Assembly (NCBI GenBank): GCA_035632695.1 | Contig: DASQGG010000027.1 | Coordinates: 2,073 to 66,072 of the forward strand | Length of the DNA: 64,000 nt | Origin: Thermoplasmata archaeon | GTDB taxonomy: Archaea > Thermoplasmatota > Thermoplasmata > RBG-16-68-12 | Reading direction: 5' to 3' | In this document: positions 19,299 through 28,482 of the stretch, in pieces | Numbering within the stretch: the first letter of the stretch is position 1 | Layout of the letters: every line of letters starts with the position of its first letter | Position numbers and translations under genes: made by a program | The notes under the pieces: model-generated | The model's input: the letters and a program-made list of their open reading frames with translations, nothing else | What the model was told of the DNA's origin: nothing | Database searches by the model: none

Positions 19299-20093
19299 AT
19301 GATGCAAGGCACCGCCCCCGCCCCGGCGGCGACCCAGGCCAAGCCCGTTTTCAAGGAGGCTCCTCCCAAGTTCCGATCCGGGAGGCACACCGCGATCGTG
19401 CAGGAGGTCTTCGACATCGCGCCGAAGGCGCCGGAGACCTATCTCATTCGCTTCACGTTCGAGAACGAGCCCGTGTTCGACTTCGAACCGGGCCAGTTCA
19501 TCTCGATCTTCGCGGAGAAGGAGGGCAAGAAGATCTCCCGGCCGTACTCGATCGCCTCGTGGCCGGAGAACAAGGACTACCTCGAGCTCTGCGTCAAGGT
19601 GGTCGAAGGCGGCTTCATGTCGAACTACCTGCACCACCTCACACCGGGCACCAAGCTCGCTTCCATCGCGCCCCTCGGGCGCTTCGTCCTCCAAGAACCG
19701 CTCCTGTACGACACTCTGTTCGTGGCCACGGGGACGGGCGTCGCTCCCTTCGTCTCCCACCTGGGCCACATCTTCCAGAACCACCTGGACGACGGCCACG
19801 AGCTCCACCTCGTCTTTGGCACGCGGTACACGTACGAGCTGATCTACCACGACCTGTTCCTGAAATGGGAGCGGGAGCACCCGAACTTCCACTACTACTC
19901 GACGGTCTCCCGCCCGGAGACCCCGGACTACAAGGGCCGCGTGGGCTACGTCCAGAAGATCATCCAGAACGAGCTCAAGGACTACGCGAACAAGCAGGTC
20001 CTGATCTGCGGGCTCAACAACATGGTCGAGGACGTCCAGAACCTGTGCAAGCAGCTCGGGTTCGCCCTCGTACGGTTCGAGAAGTGGGACTGA
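19299..20093 (+). CDS. FAD/NAD(P)-binding oxidoreductase of the ferredoxin-NADP reductase family
   Basis: FAD-binding RPYSIAS motif, NAD-binding GTGVAPF and a C-terminal aromatic residue. A TATA box (TTTAAAT) about 26 nt upstream suggests a leaderless transcript. Confidence 0.8.
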   Translation: MMQGTAPAPAATQAKPVFKEAPPKFRSGRHTAIVQEVFDIAPKAPETYLIRFTFENEPVFDFEPGQFISIFAEKEGKKISRPYSIASWPENKDYLELCVKVVEGGFMSNYLHHLTPGTKLASIAPLGRFVLQEPLLYDTLFVATGTGVAPFVSHLGHIFQNHLDDGHELHLVFGTRYTYELIYHDLFLKWEREHPNFHYYSTVSRPETPDYKGRVGYVQKIIQNELKDYANKQVLICGLNNMVEDVQNLCKQLGFALVRFEKWD

Positions 20094-20097
20094 GTCC

Positions 20098-20403
20098 TCA
20101 GGCCCTCGCGCGCAGCCGCACCTTGCCGACGATCAAGTGCCGCGGCACCATCCCGAACTGACGGCTGTCCCGGCTATGCGTCATGTTGTCTCCCAAGACG
20201 AAGAACCCCGCGAGGGCGTCCCCCGACATGACCCTCTTCACAAGGAACTGCCCCGGGGCCTCGGGGTTCCTCAAGACCACGACGTCCCCTGCAATTGGCG
20301 GGCGTTTCCGATAGGCCCAGCGGCTCACGAGGACGTAGTCCCCGGAACGGAGCGCAGGCTCCATGCTGTGGTCGTCCACGCGGAAGCGGGCGAGGGGGAA
20401 CAC
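20098..20403 (-). CDS. sodX: NiSOD maturation endopeptidase SodX (signal peptidase S26 family)
   Basis: 101 aa with the S26 catalytic SM-P box (DHSMEPAL) and the GDNMTHSRDSR box. Lies immediately downstream of sodN. Confidence 0.8.
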   Translation of the reverse strand: MFPLARFRVDDHSMEPALRSGDYVLVSRWAYRKRPPIAGDVVVLRNPEAPGQFLVKRVMSGDALAGFFVLGDNMTHSRDSRQFGMVPRHLIVGKVRLRARA

Positions 20404-20418
20404 GGGCCCCGGATGCGC

Positions 20419-20940
20419 CTACCCGAGCTTAGGGTAGACGGTCTCGCGCGCGGTCGGGTACGGCGCCTTCGCGCGGTACGTCGCGATGCTCTTCGTCTTC
20501 CAGAACGCCTCGGCGATCTCGTTGGCGAGTTTGAGCATGTCCTCGGCCGCGGCCAGGTTGATTTCCTGGCGTCCCTTGCTCCCGGCCTTCAGGGCCTTCC
20601 AGATCGTGTCGTGCAAGGACGGAAACGCCTGGAGGTGCTCGGGCTTGAAGTAGTCCCCGTAGAGGATGCGGATCTCGGACTTGTAGATCTCCGCGTGCTG
20701 CTCCTTCGTGGCGATGTATCGCGTGAGCTTGTTGTGGTATTCCTGCCTCTGCTCGGCCGTCGCGTTGGGGCCGGGTTTCTCGAGCTGGCCAATCAGGTCG
20801 ACCATGCGGATGACCGTGTGGGCCGCGAGCTGAGCGTGGTGCGGGTCGTAGATGCCGCACGGGATGTCGCAGTGGGCGTAGGCGACCGGCGCCGGACGGA
20901 CACGGTCGAGGGCTCGGAGGAGTTTGTGTGCGACGGACAT
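20419..20940 (-). CDS. sodN: Nickel superoxide dismutase precursor
   Basis: The N-terminal propeptide ends in ...YA followed by HCDIPCGIYDP, the Ni-hook motif HCxxPCGxY that becomes the mature N-terminus. A four-helix-bundle-length body follows. Confidence 0.9.
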   Translation of the reverse strand: MSVAHKLLRALDRVRPAPVAYAHCDIPCGIYDPHHAQLAAHTVIRMVDLIGQLEKPGPNATAEQRQEYHNKLTRYIATKEQHAEIYKSEIRILYGDYFKPEHLQAFPSLHDTIWKALKAGSKGRQEINLAAAEDMLKLANEIAEAFWKTKSIATYRAKAPYPTARETVYPKLG

Positions 20941-20959
20941 GGTCGCGCCGCAGGCGGCA

Positions 20960-20975
20960 GCCGTATTTAAACGTG
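20960..20975 (-). promoter_or_regulatory. BRE/TATA box (CACGTTTAAATACGG on the minus strand) for leaderless sodN
   Basis: TATTTAAA at 20964..20971, about 27 nt upstream of the sodN ATG (20940). It shares the ACGTTTAAAT core with the FNR-like gene promoter. Confidence 0.45.
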
Positions 20976-20998
20976 AGGCGGCCCAGGGAACTTCGCGG

Positions 20999-22090
20999 TC
21001 ACTTTGGATTCGCCGCGGCTTCCGGGATCGGAGGAACCGCGGGCGTCGTCTTCGGGAACTTCTGTCGGAATCGCAGCGCGACGTTCACGAGGCTCATGAG
21101 GACGGGGACCTCGATGAGGGGTCCGATAATGGCCGCAAAGGCCTGGCCCGACGCGATCCCGAACACTCCGATCGTCGTGGCGATCGCCAGCTCGAAGTTG
21201 TTGCTCGCCGCGGTGAAGGAGAGCGTCGTCGTCTCCTCGTAGGAGAAGCCGAGGCGGCTGGAGAGGGAGAAGGAGGTGAAGAACATGATCACGAAGTACA
21301 GCGCGAGGGGCACGGCGATGCGGAAGACGTCCCAGGGGAGGTTGACGATGCTGTTCCCCCGGAGGGAGAACATGACGACCACGGTGAACAGCAATCCAAG
21401 GATCGCGGTGGGCGCGAGTCGCGCCATGAAGGTGTCTTCGTACCAGCGTTCCCCCCGGCGTCGGACGAGGATGGCCCGGGTGGCGAACCCCAGGAGTAGC
21501 GGGACGCCCAGGTAGAAGAGGACGGTGGCCGCCACGTCCACAACCGAAATGGGCACGACCTGCGCCGCGGTCAGGCCGCCCAGGACCCCCGAGAGGAACG
21601 TGACGAAGAACCACGCGAGGACGGAGTACAGGAGGATCTGGAAGACGCTGTTCAAGCCGACGAGGAGGGCGGCGTACTCCGAGGAGCCCTTGGCCATCGC
21701 GTTCCAGACGAGGACCATCGCGATGCACCTCGCCAGGCCCACGATGATGAGCCCGGCCCGGTACAGCGGGAGGTCCGGGAGGAAGATCCATGCGAGGGCG
21801 AACATCAGGAAGGGGCCGAGGACCCAGTTCTGGAACAGGGACACCCCCATGAGCCGCCTGTTCCCGGCGAGGCGCGGCAGGTCGCCGTACCGGACGCGCG
21901 CGAGCGGCGGGTACATCATCCACATGAGCCCGACGGCAAGCGGGATCGACACGCCCGACCAGGAGATCGAATTGAGCCAACCCGAGAACCCTGGGACCCA
22001 GGCTCCGAGTCCGACGCCGAGTACAATGGCCAGCAGGATCCAGAGGGTAGTGAGCCGGTCGAAGAGGCTCAGGGCCGCCTCATCGGCCAC
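20999..22090 (-). CDS. acr3: Arsenite efflux permease, ACR3 family
   Basis: 10-TM BART-superfamily protein with an ACR3-like N-terminus. Overlaps arsC by 11 nt (operon). Confidence 0.85.
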   Translation of the reverse strand: MADEAALSLFDRLTTLWILLAIVLGVGLGAWVPGFSGWLNSISWSGVSIPLAVGLMWMMYPPLARVRYGDLPRLAGNRRLMGVSLFQNWVLGPFLMFALAWIFLPDLPLYRAGLIIVGLARCIAMVLVWNAMAKGSSEYAALLVGLNSVFQILLYSVLAWFFVTFLSGVLGGLTAAQVVPISVVDVAATVLFYLGVPLLLGFATRAILVRRRGERWYEDTFMARLAPTAILGLLFTVVVMFSLRGNSIVNLPWDVFRIAVPLALYFVIMFFTSFSLSSRLGFSYEETTTLSFTAASNNFELAIATTIGVFGIASGQAFAAIIGPLIEVPVLMSLVNVALRFRQKFPKTTPAVPPIPEAAANPK

Positions 22091-22529
22091 GGATCACCTC
22101 TCGCAACAGACGCGTTACGCGCTGCTCGATGTCGTCGCGGATACGTCGGACCTGCTCGAGCGATCGGCCGCTCGGGTCGGGCAGCGCCCAATCCACGGCA
22201 TCCCCGCGGAACGTGGCGGGGCAGACATCGCCGCTGGCACATCCCATCGTGACCACGACGTCCGAGCGCAGGATTTCTTCCCTCGTGATGGTCCGCGGCA
22301 CGATTCCGCTTAAGTCGATTCCGACCTCTCTCATCGCCTCGATCACCGCGGGATGCACCCGGGACGCGGCCCGTGTGCCTCCGCTGACGACCTCGACGCC
22401 ATCCCGCGCCTCCCTCCGAGCAAACGCGGCAGCCATCTGGCTCCGTCCCGCGTTCTCCACGCAGACGAACGCGATCCGAACCATGGGACTCCGGAGGGAC
22501 GCGGGCGGCAGTACTTGAGGCTGACGCAC
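22080..22529 (-). CDS. arsC: Arsenate reductase, LMW-PTPase family
   Basis: CVENAGRSQMA P-loop (CX5R) plus downstream redox cysteines. Immediately upstream of acr3. Confidence 0.8.
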   Translation of the reverse strand: MRQPQVLPPASLRSPMVRIAFVCVENAGRSQMAAAFARREARDGVEVVSGGTRAASRVHPAVIEAMREVGIDLSGIVPRTITREEILRSDVVVTMGCASGDVCPATFRGDAVDWALPDPSGRSLEQVRRIRDDIEQRVTRLLREVIRGR

Positions 22530-22595
22530 GGAGATTTCGGGGACGCGCGAACCTTAACGTCTGCGGCTCGATTCCCCGTGGGCAGGAGTCACCCT

Positions 22596-24125
22596 ATGAA
22601 GATCGGCGTCGAGGTCGGAGACATCGCCCGATGGGAGGACGAAGTCGTCGTCGTGAATCTGTTCGAGGGCGTCAACCACCCGGGCGGCGCGACGGGCGCC
22701 GTGGACGCGGCCATCGGCCATCAGATTACCGCGATGATTGCCACCGGAGACATCACGGGCAAGTTCAAGGAGATCGTGGTCTTCCCAACCTTCGACCGGA
22801 TTCCCGGGAACCGCGTCTTGGTCGTCGGCCTCGGCGAGCGCGCGGACTTCACACTGGACCGGGTGCGCGAGGTCTCGGCCGCGGCGGCCATCAAGATACG
22901 CGACATGGGCCTCCGGACGTTCGCGACCGTCGTCCACGGCGCAGGCGTAGGCCATCTGGACCTCGGGGACGCCACGGAGGCCGTCGTGGAAGGCACGCTC
23001 CTCGGCCTATACCGCTACACGGAACACAAGACGGACAACGACCACAAGAAGATCGAGTCCGTCACCCTAGTGAACTTGGACAAGGCCCGCGCGGCCGCGA
23101 TGCGCGAAGCGGTTCACCGGGCCTCCATCATCGCGACCACGACCAACTTCGCGCGTGACTTGGTCAACGCGCCGAGCAACGCGAAGCCGCCGCGCCTCTT
23201 CGCGGACCGCATCCGGGACGCCGCCAAGGAGGCGGGGGCCAGGCTCACGGTCTTCGACGAGAAGCAGCTGGAGAAGATGGGTTTCGGCTGCCTCCTAGGG
23301 GTGGCCAAGGGAAGCGTCGAGCCTCCCCGTTTCCTTGTCCTGTCCCACGACGGCGGCGGGAAGAGCAAACCCGTCGTCCTCGTGGGGAAGGGGATCACCT
23401 TCGATGCGGGCGGGATCGCGCTGAAACCCCTCGAGGCGCCCGGCTCGGACCCCATGTGGCTCATGCGGTACGACATGGGGGGCGCCGCCGCGGCGCTGAG
23501 CGCGGTCCTCGCGGCCGCTCGCCTGAAACTCCCGGTGAACGCGGTCGCCCTGGCGCCGCTCACGGAAAACATGCCCAGCGGGAGCGCCCAGAAACCCGGG
23601 GACATCGTGCGCGCCTTCGGCGGCCGGACCATTGAGGTCCTGAATCCCGATGCGGAAGGGCGGCTCGTCCTGGCCGACGCTCTGGGCTACGCGAAGACCC
23701 TGAAGCCGCAAGCCGTGGTCGATCTGGCGACGCTGACGGGAGCCGTGAAGGTCGCCCTCGGCCGACACGCCGCCGGGATGTTCAGCAACCGAGAGGAGCT
23801 CGCGAAGCGCCTCGAGCGCGCGGCCGAGGCCACGTCCGAGCGCGTGTGGCGGCTCCCCCTGTGGGACGAGTACAGCGAGCAAATCAAGAGCGACTCCGCG
23901 GACGTGAAGAACACGGGGGGCCGGTCCGCGGGCACAATCACCGCGGCGAAGTTCCTGGAGAAGTTTGCGGATGACGTGTCCTGGGCGCACCTCGACATCG
24001 CGGGAACGGCGTGGGTCGAGGACAGCCCCGACTCCCCGAAGAAGTCGTACCTGCCCAAGGGCGCCTCCGGCTACGGCGTGCGGCTTCTCATCCGCCTCCT
24101 GCGCGACTGGCAGAGCGTGGAATGA
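22596..24125 (+). CDS. pepA: Leucyl aminopeptidase (M17)
   Basis: M17 signature NTDAEGRL and metal-ligand residues. Start taken at MKIGVEV, preceded by a GGAG. Confidence 0.9.
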   Translation: MKIGVEVGDIARWEDEVVVVNLFEGVNHPGGATGAVDAAIGHQITAMIATGDITGKFKEIVVFPTFDRIPGNRVLVVGLGERADFTLDRVREVSAAAAIKIRDMGLRTFATVVHGAGVGHLDLGDATEAVVEGTLLGLYRYTEHKTDNDHKKIESVTLVNLDKARAAAMREAVHRASIIATTTNFARDLVNAPSNAKPPRLFADRIRDAAKEAGARLTVFDEKQLEKMGFGCLLGVAKGSVEPPRFLVLSHDGGGKSKPVVLVGKGITFDAGGIALKPLEAPGSDPMWLMRYDMGGAAAALSAVLAAARLKLPVNAVALAPLTENMPSGSAQKPGDIVRAFGGRTIEVLNPDAEGRLVLADALGYAKTLKPQAVVDLATLTGAVKVALGRHAAGMFSNREELAKRLERAAEATSERVWRLPLWDEYSEQIKSDSADVKNTGGRSAGTITAAKFLEKFADDVSWAHLDIAGTAWVEDSPDSPKKSYLPKGASGYGVRLLIRLLRDWQSVE

Positions 24126-24180
24126 GCGCAATCGGCCGGCTCGGATAGGCTTATGAAAGCCCGGACGGTACGCGGTCACC

Positions 24181-24834
24181 TTGCCTCGCTATCGGTACCT
24201 CGACGTGCTTCGTGAGGAGCTCGTCGACAAGAAGGCAGCCATCGAGGCTCGCCTGGCGGACTTCCGGGAGGTCGGCCGCGGGACGGATGCGCAGCTCTTC
24301 GAGGAGCTCTGCTTCGCCCTCCTTGCCATTCAGTCCTCCGCACGAAGCAGCGACGCGGCGGTCCGCGGCCTCGTGCAGGAGGGGCTCCTCTGGTCGGCGG
24401 GGTCCGAGGAAATCGCTCGCTACCTTCGGCATCGCACGCGGTTCCACAACCACAAGGCCACCTACATCGTCCGCGCGCGGGAGCGGTTCTTCCCCGATCG
24501 CGGTCCCGTCCTGAAGTCGTCGCTCGACCGGTTCCCGGACGCCAAGGAAGCCCGGGCCTGGCTCGCGGCCGAAGTGGACGGTCTCGGGTTCAAGGAGGCG
24601 AGCCACTTCCTCCGGAACCTCGGCCGCGGGGACGACCTGGCCATCCTGGATCGGCACATTCTCCGCAACCTGCTCCGCCATCGAGTCATCGGTCGCATGC
24701 CCAACACCCTGACCCCAAGACGCTACCTTGCCATCGAGGCGCGCATGGAGGATTTCGCGCACGTCGTCGGGATTTCGCTCGGGGTGCTCGACCTCCTGTG
24801 GTGGAGTCGCCAGACCGGTGAGATCTTCAAGTGA
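24181..24834 (+). CDS. ogg: N-glycosylase/DNA lyase (8-oxoguanine DNA glycosylase, archaeal Ogg2 type)
   Basis: HhH-GPD fold with the catalytic Lys/Asp region (KEASHFLRNLG...LDRHILRNL), typical of the Ogg2 family. TTG or GTG start. Confidence 0.75.
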   Translation: MPRYRYLDVLREELVDKKAAIEARLADFREVGRGTDAQLFEELCFALLAIQSSARSSDAAVRGLVQEGLLWSAGSEEIARYLRHRTRFHNHKATYIVRARERFFPDRGPVLKSSLDRFPDAKEARAWLAAEVDGLGFKEASHFLRNLGRGDDLAILDRHILRNLLRHRVIGRMPNTLTPRRYLAIEARMEDFAHVVGISLGVLDLLWWSRQTGEIFK

Positions 24835-24843
24835 GGCCGACCC

Positions 24844-25068
24844 TCAGAAGGCCTTCCGGTCCCGCAGGAACCAGACGAGCCATAGAAGCCCAATGACCGC
24901 GGCGTCCGCGAGCCCCGTGACGAGCAGAATCGTCAGGTCCGTCGCGATGTTCGGGCTCGGAAGGAACGTCACGTACACGAAGAGGAACGCGAACCAGACA
25001 AAGGCGATGAGCACGGTCCCGGCGATGCGTGCCAGGAGGGATCCGCGGTAGCTCATCCCCAGGCCCAC
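24844..25068 (-). CDS. Small two-TM membrane protein (hypothetical)
   Basis: 74 aa with two clear hydrophobic helices and no homology signal. Confidence 0.3.
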   Translation of the reverse strand: MGLGMSYRGSLLARIAGTVLIAFVWFAFLFVYVTFLPSPNIATDLTILLVTGLADAAVIGLLWLVWFLRDRKAF

Positions 25069-25136
25069 CGGGGCCGTCGGGGAAAGGGTTTCGGGTTGCG
25101 CGGCTCGTTAAGTAGCGGCGCCGCCATGGCAGCAAC

Positions 25137-26246
25137 GTGGACGGCCCGTCGCCGCGCGAGGTGCAGGCGCTCCTCCTCCCCTGGTTCGACGCGGGCCACC
25201 GGGACATGCCCTGGCGCCGGACGACGGATCCGTACCGCATCCTGCTCGCAGAGTACCTGCTCCAGCGGACCCGTGTGGCCACAGGCCGGCCCTACTACGA
25301 GCGGTTCCTGGAGCGGTTCCCGACGGTCGAGGCGCTGGCCGCGGCGCCCGAAGAGGACGTGCTCCACACCTGGGAGGGGCTGGGCTACTACCGCCGCGCG
25401 CGGAACCTCCTCGCGGCCGCGAAGTCCATCGTCCGCGACCACGGCGGCCGGATTCCGACCGATTCCGCGACACTGGCCACCTTGCCCGGCATCGGCCCGT
25501 ATACGGCCGGAGCGGTCGCCTCCATCGCGTTTGGAGAGCGCATCCCGGCGGTCGACGGGAACGTGACGCGCGTCGTGACCCGCCTTTTCCGCGTCGAGGT
25601 CGACGTGACCTCGTCCCCCGGTCGCGCCCGGATTCAGGAGCTCGCGCACGGGCTCGTCCCCGTGGGGCGGTCGGGTCCGTTCAATCAGGCGATGATGGAA
25701 CTCGGCGCCACGGTCTGCACCCCGCGGAGTCCTCGATGTTCCGACTGCCCGTTCGTCGATCTCTGCCTCGCCCATCGTGCCGGGATCGAGTCCACCCTGC
25801 CGCGGATCCTCGCCCGGCGGCGGCCGCGGACCGTGCCGGTGGCCTTTGCCTACGTTGTCTCGCGCGGCCGCACCTTGCTCGTGCGCCGCGGGAGTCGGGA
25901 GATTCTCGGAGGTCTCTGGTCCTTGCCGGGAGGCGAACTTCCCTCCGGGTCCGCCGCACATGGGGGACTCCGGTCCCTCGTGTCTGCGCAGACCGGACTG
26001 GCGATCACGGTCCGCGGGGAGGTCGCCCGCGTCGCCCACGCGTTCTCCCACCGTCGGTGGTCCGGGGCCGTGTTCGCATGTTCGGCGCAGGGGCGGCTCC
26101 ACGCCTCCGCGGGCGTCCGGTGGGTAACGCCGGACGAGGCACGTCGGCTGCCGCTCGTCCCGTTCCATCGGGAGGTGCTGGAAGACCTCGCAGCGCGTCC
26201 TCGCATCGAGTCCTACGGCCGGTCGAGGCGCCGGCGCGAGGCCTGA
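25137..26246 (+). CDS. mutY: A/G-specific adenine DNA glycosylase MutY
   Basis: HhH-GPD domain, 4Fe-4S loop CTPRSPRCSDCPFVDLC and a C-terminal MutT/Nudix-like 8-oxoG recognition domain. Confidence 0.85.
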   Translation: MDGPSPREVQALLLPWFDAGHRDMPWRRTTDPYRILLAEYLLQRTRVATGRPYYERFLERFPTVEALAAAPEEDVLHTWEGLGYYRRARNLLAAAKSIVRDHGGRIPTDSATLATLPGIGPYTAGAVASIAFGERIPAVDGNVTRVVTRLFRVEVDVTSSPGRARIQELAHGLVPVGRSGPFNQAMMELGATVCTPRSPRCSDCPFVDLCLAHRAGIESTLPRILARRRPRTVPVAFAYVVSRGRTLLVRRGSREILGGLWSLPGGELPSGSAAHGGLRSLVSAQTGLAITVRGEVARVAHAFSHRRWSGAVFACSAQGRLHASAGVRWVTPDEARRLPLVPFHREVLEDLAARPRIESYGRSRRRREA

Positions 26247-26314
26247 CTGCGTATCAATGACGAAATTCGCGGGCTCCCTTTGATAGTCTCCGGCGGCTCC
26301 TGCCGGCCGATCGC

Positions 26315-26758
26315 ATGACATCGGGAGCGACAGCCGTCCTCGTCTTCCCCGGGCGCCGCATCCAGGACCTCCTCGCGGCGTACGAGAAGGCGCTCATCGA
26401 CTCGGGGTTCGACATCAAGCAGCACGATTGGACGGGCCAATACTACCTCCACAAGGCCATCCTGGGCAGCAAGGCCAAGGCGTACCTCGTCCGGAAGATG
26501 GTGCCGTTCGGCGAGCTCACCAAGTCCGGGAACCGTCTCGGGGCGGAGGCCCAGATCTACCCGTCCGGGAACCTGGCCGTCCTCCGCGTGGCGATCGTCC
26601 CGTACATGGAGCTCTTCAACCGCGCGGAGATCGCGTTCCTCACGCAGGGTGTGTTCGAGAAGATCGTCGAGGACGACTGGTCCGTCGAGAAGCTCCACGA
26701 GATCGTGAACCGGATGGCGGCCATGGGCTTCGCGGGCCAGATCCCGGTTCACCCCTGA
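26315..26758 (+). CDS. Hypothetical protein
   Basis: 147 aa non-repetitive ORF with no recognisable motif. Confidence 0.4.
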   Translation: MTSGATAVLVFPGRRIQDLLAAYEKALIDSGFDIKQHDWTGQYYLHKAILGSKAKAYLVRKMVPFGELTKSGNRLGAEAQIYPSGNLAVLRVAIVPYMELFNRAEIAFLTQGVFEKIVEDDWSVEKLHEIVNRMAAMGFAGQIPVHP

Positions 26759-26790
26759 AGCCTTAAGCGCGCCTGCCTCCATCCGCAGGC

Positions 26791-27372
26791 GTGCGCCGCT
26801 TCCTGGTCGTCGGGCACCGCGCGGTCACCACGCCCGACTTCACCTTGGACGATCTCGCGGGTGGCGCCGGCCGGATGGACATCCTCCTGAGTGCCGCGAA
26901 CGCCGCACTCCTCCTGGCCCACGACATCCGCCGCGACGCCGAAGCGGACCTGCTGCTGCTCGGTCCTCCGGACCCGCCCCGGCTCGTCCGGATTCTTGGC
27001 CACCGGGTCCGGACTTATCAGCCCGACCTGCGGAGCAATGCGGCGCTCGTCCGCAAGGCGCTCGAGCACGGTTCCCGGGTCGAGCGGGAGGTCTGGCCCG
27101 GGATCCTTGCGTCGAAGACCTCCTTCCCGGAGTCCCTGGACCGACTCGGACCCACGTTCGTGTACCTGAAGGAGGGCGGCAAGGATATCCGCGGGACGCC
27201 GGTTCCCGCGGACGCGACCTTCGTGCTCTCGGACAACCAAGACCTGACCCCGGACGAGGAGCGAGCCGTCCTCGCGCGGGATGCCTTGGTCATCGGCCTC
27301 GGCCCCCTCGCTGTCCATACGGACCAAGCCATCGTCCTTGTCCAGAACGAACTGGACCGGAGGGGCGTATGA
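26791..27372 (+). CDS. trmY: tRNA (pseudouridine54-N1)-methyltransferase TrmY (SPOUT, DUF358)
   Basis: N-terminal match to the Mj1640 family: FxxxGHxAxTxxDFxLxDLxGxxGRxDILxxxxxxAxxLxHDIRRD. Confidence 0.7.
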   Translation: MRRFLVVGHRAVTTPDFTLDDLAGGAGRMDILLSAANAALLLAHDIRRDAEADLLLLGPPDPPRLVRILGHRVRTYQPDLRSNAALVRKALEHGSRVEREVWPGILASKTSFPESLDRLGPTFVYLKEGGKDIRGTPVPADATFVLSDNQDLTPDEERAVLARDALVIGLGPLAVHTDQAIVLVQNELDRRGV

Positions 27373-28439
27373 ACGAGATGGAATTGATACATACGAAGCT
27401 CACCGAGTTCGTACGCATGCCCTCCTCTGCCGAAACCGGCGTATCGGGCATCCTCGAGGCCGCACGCGCCTCCGCGGAGGAAATCGGGCTCCGCCCGACC
27501 GTCCACGAAGGCCTCGGGGCGATCGAAGCGTCCTCCGGGCCGGGCGGGCTCCTCCTGAACGGCCATCTCGACACGGTGCCCGTCGCCTCAGGCTGGACGA
27601 AGGGGCAGGCGGTCTGGGAAGGGGACATCCTGTACGGCCGCGGCAGCGCGGACATGAAGGCGGGCTGCGTCGCCGCTCTGGCCGCGGCACGCACTCTGGT
27701 CGAGCGCGGCAAGCCCGTGTCCCTCCTCTTCACGACGGACGAGGAGACCACCATGGCGGCCTCCAAGGCGCTCGCCGCCTCCCCGGTCGTTCGCGAAGCC
27801 GCGGCGGTCGTTGTCCTCGAGCCGACGTCCCTCCATGTGATCGCATCCGAGAAGGGCGTCCTCTGGTACCGCGTGACGACCCATGGCCGCAGCGCCCACG
27901 GGAGCCTCCCGCATCTCGGGGACAGCGCGATCCAGCGCACGGCGAGGGCCCTGGGCCGCCTGGAACCCCTGTCGCGCCCCCGCGACGTCCTCGGCGAGAT
28001 CACCGTGAACCCGGGCCAGATCCGCGGCGGCGTCGCCCCGAACGTGGTGGCAGACGCCTGCACAGTCGAACTGGACTGCCGCCACCCGCCGGCGAGCCCC
28101 AAGTCCGAGGTCGAGTCCCTTCTCCGCAACGCCTTCCAGGAGCCCGGAGGGGAGGTGACCTTCGAGCTGGTCCACGAGGTCCCGCCCGCGGGCGTGCCGT
28201 TCGACGCCGCCCACGTCCGCGCGCTGCAGGAACTCGCAGGCACGGAGATCCGCGGCGTCGCGTACGCCACGGAGATGGCGTGGTACGCGGCGCACAACCC
28301 GCGGTGCGTCGTCTTCGGTCCCGGCGAGACCGCGCGGATCCACGTTCCCGACGAGCGGGTCTCCCTGCGCGAGACCGTCCGCGCCGCGGACCTCCTCGTG
28401 CGGTATGCCGAGCGGCTCGCGGCCCTCCCGGAAGGTTAG
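27369..28439 (+). CDS. M20 family metallopeptidase (ArgE/DapE-like deacylase)
   Basis: M20 metal-binding motifs (NGHLDTV, GSADMKAG, HGS...H). Confidence 0.8.
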   Translation: MNEMELIHTKLTEFVRMPSSAETGVSGILEAARASAEEIGLRPTVHEGLGAIEASSGPGGLLLNGHLDTVPVASGWTKGQAVWEGDILYGRGSADMKAGCVAALAAARTLVERGKPVSLLFTTDEETTMAASKALAASPVVREAAAVVVLEPTSLHVIASEKGVLWYRVTTHGRSAHGSLPHLGDSAIQRTARALGRLEPLSRPRDVLGEITVNPGQIRGGVAPNVVADACTVELDCRHPPASPKSEVESLLRNAFQEPGGEVTFELVHEVPPAGVPFDAAHVRALQELAGTEIRGVAYATEMAWYAAHNPRCVVFGPGETARIHVPDERVSLRETVRAADLLVRYAERLAALPEG

Positions 28440-28482
28440 ACCAAAACCTATATCTCCCGAGGCAGGTAGCGCCCGGGACACC

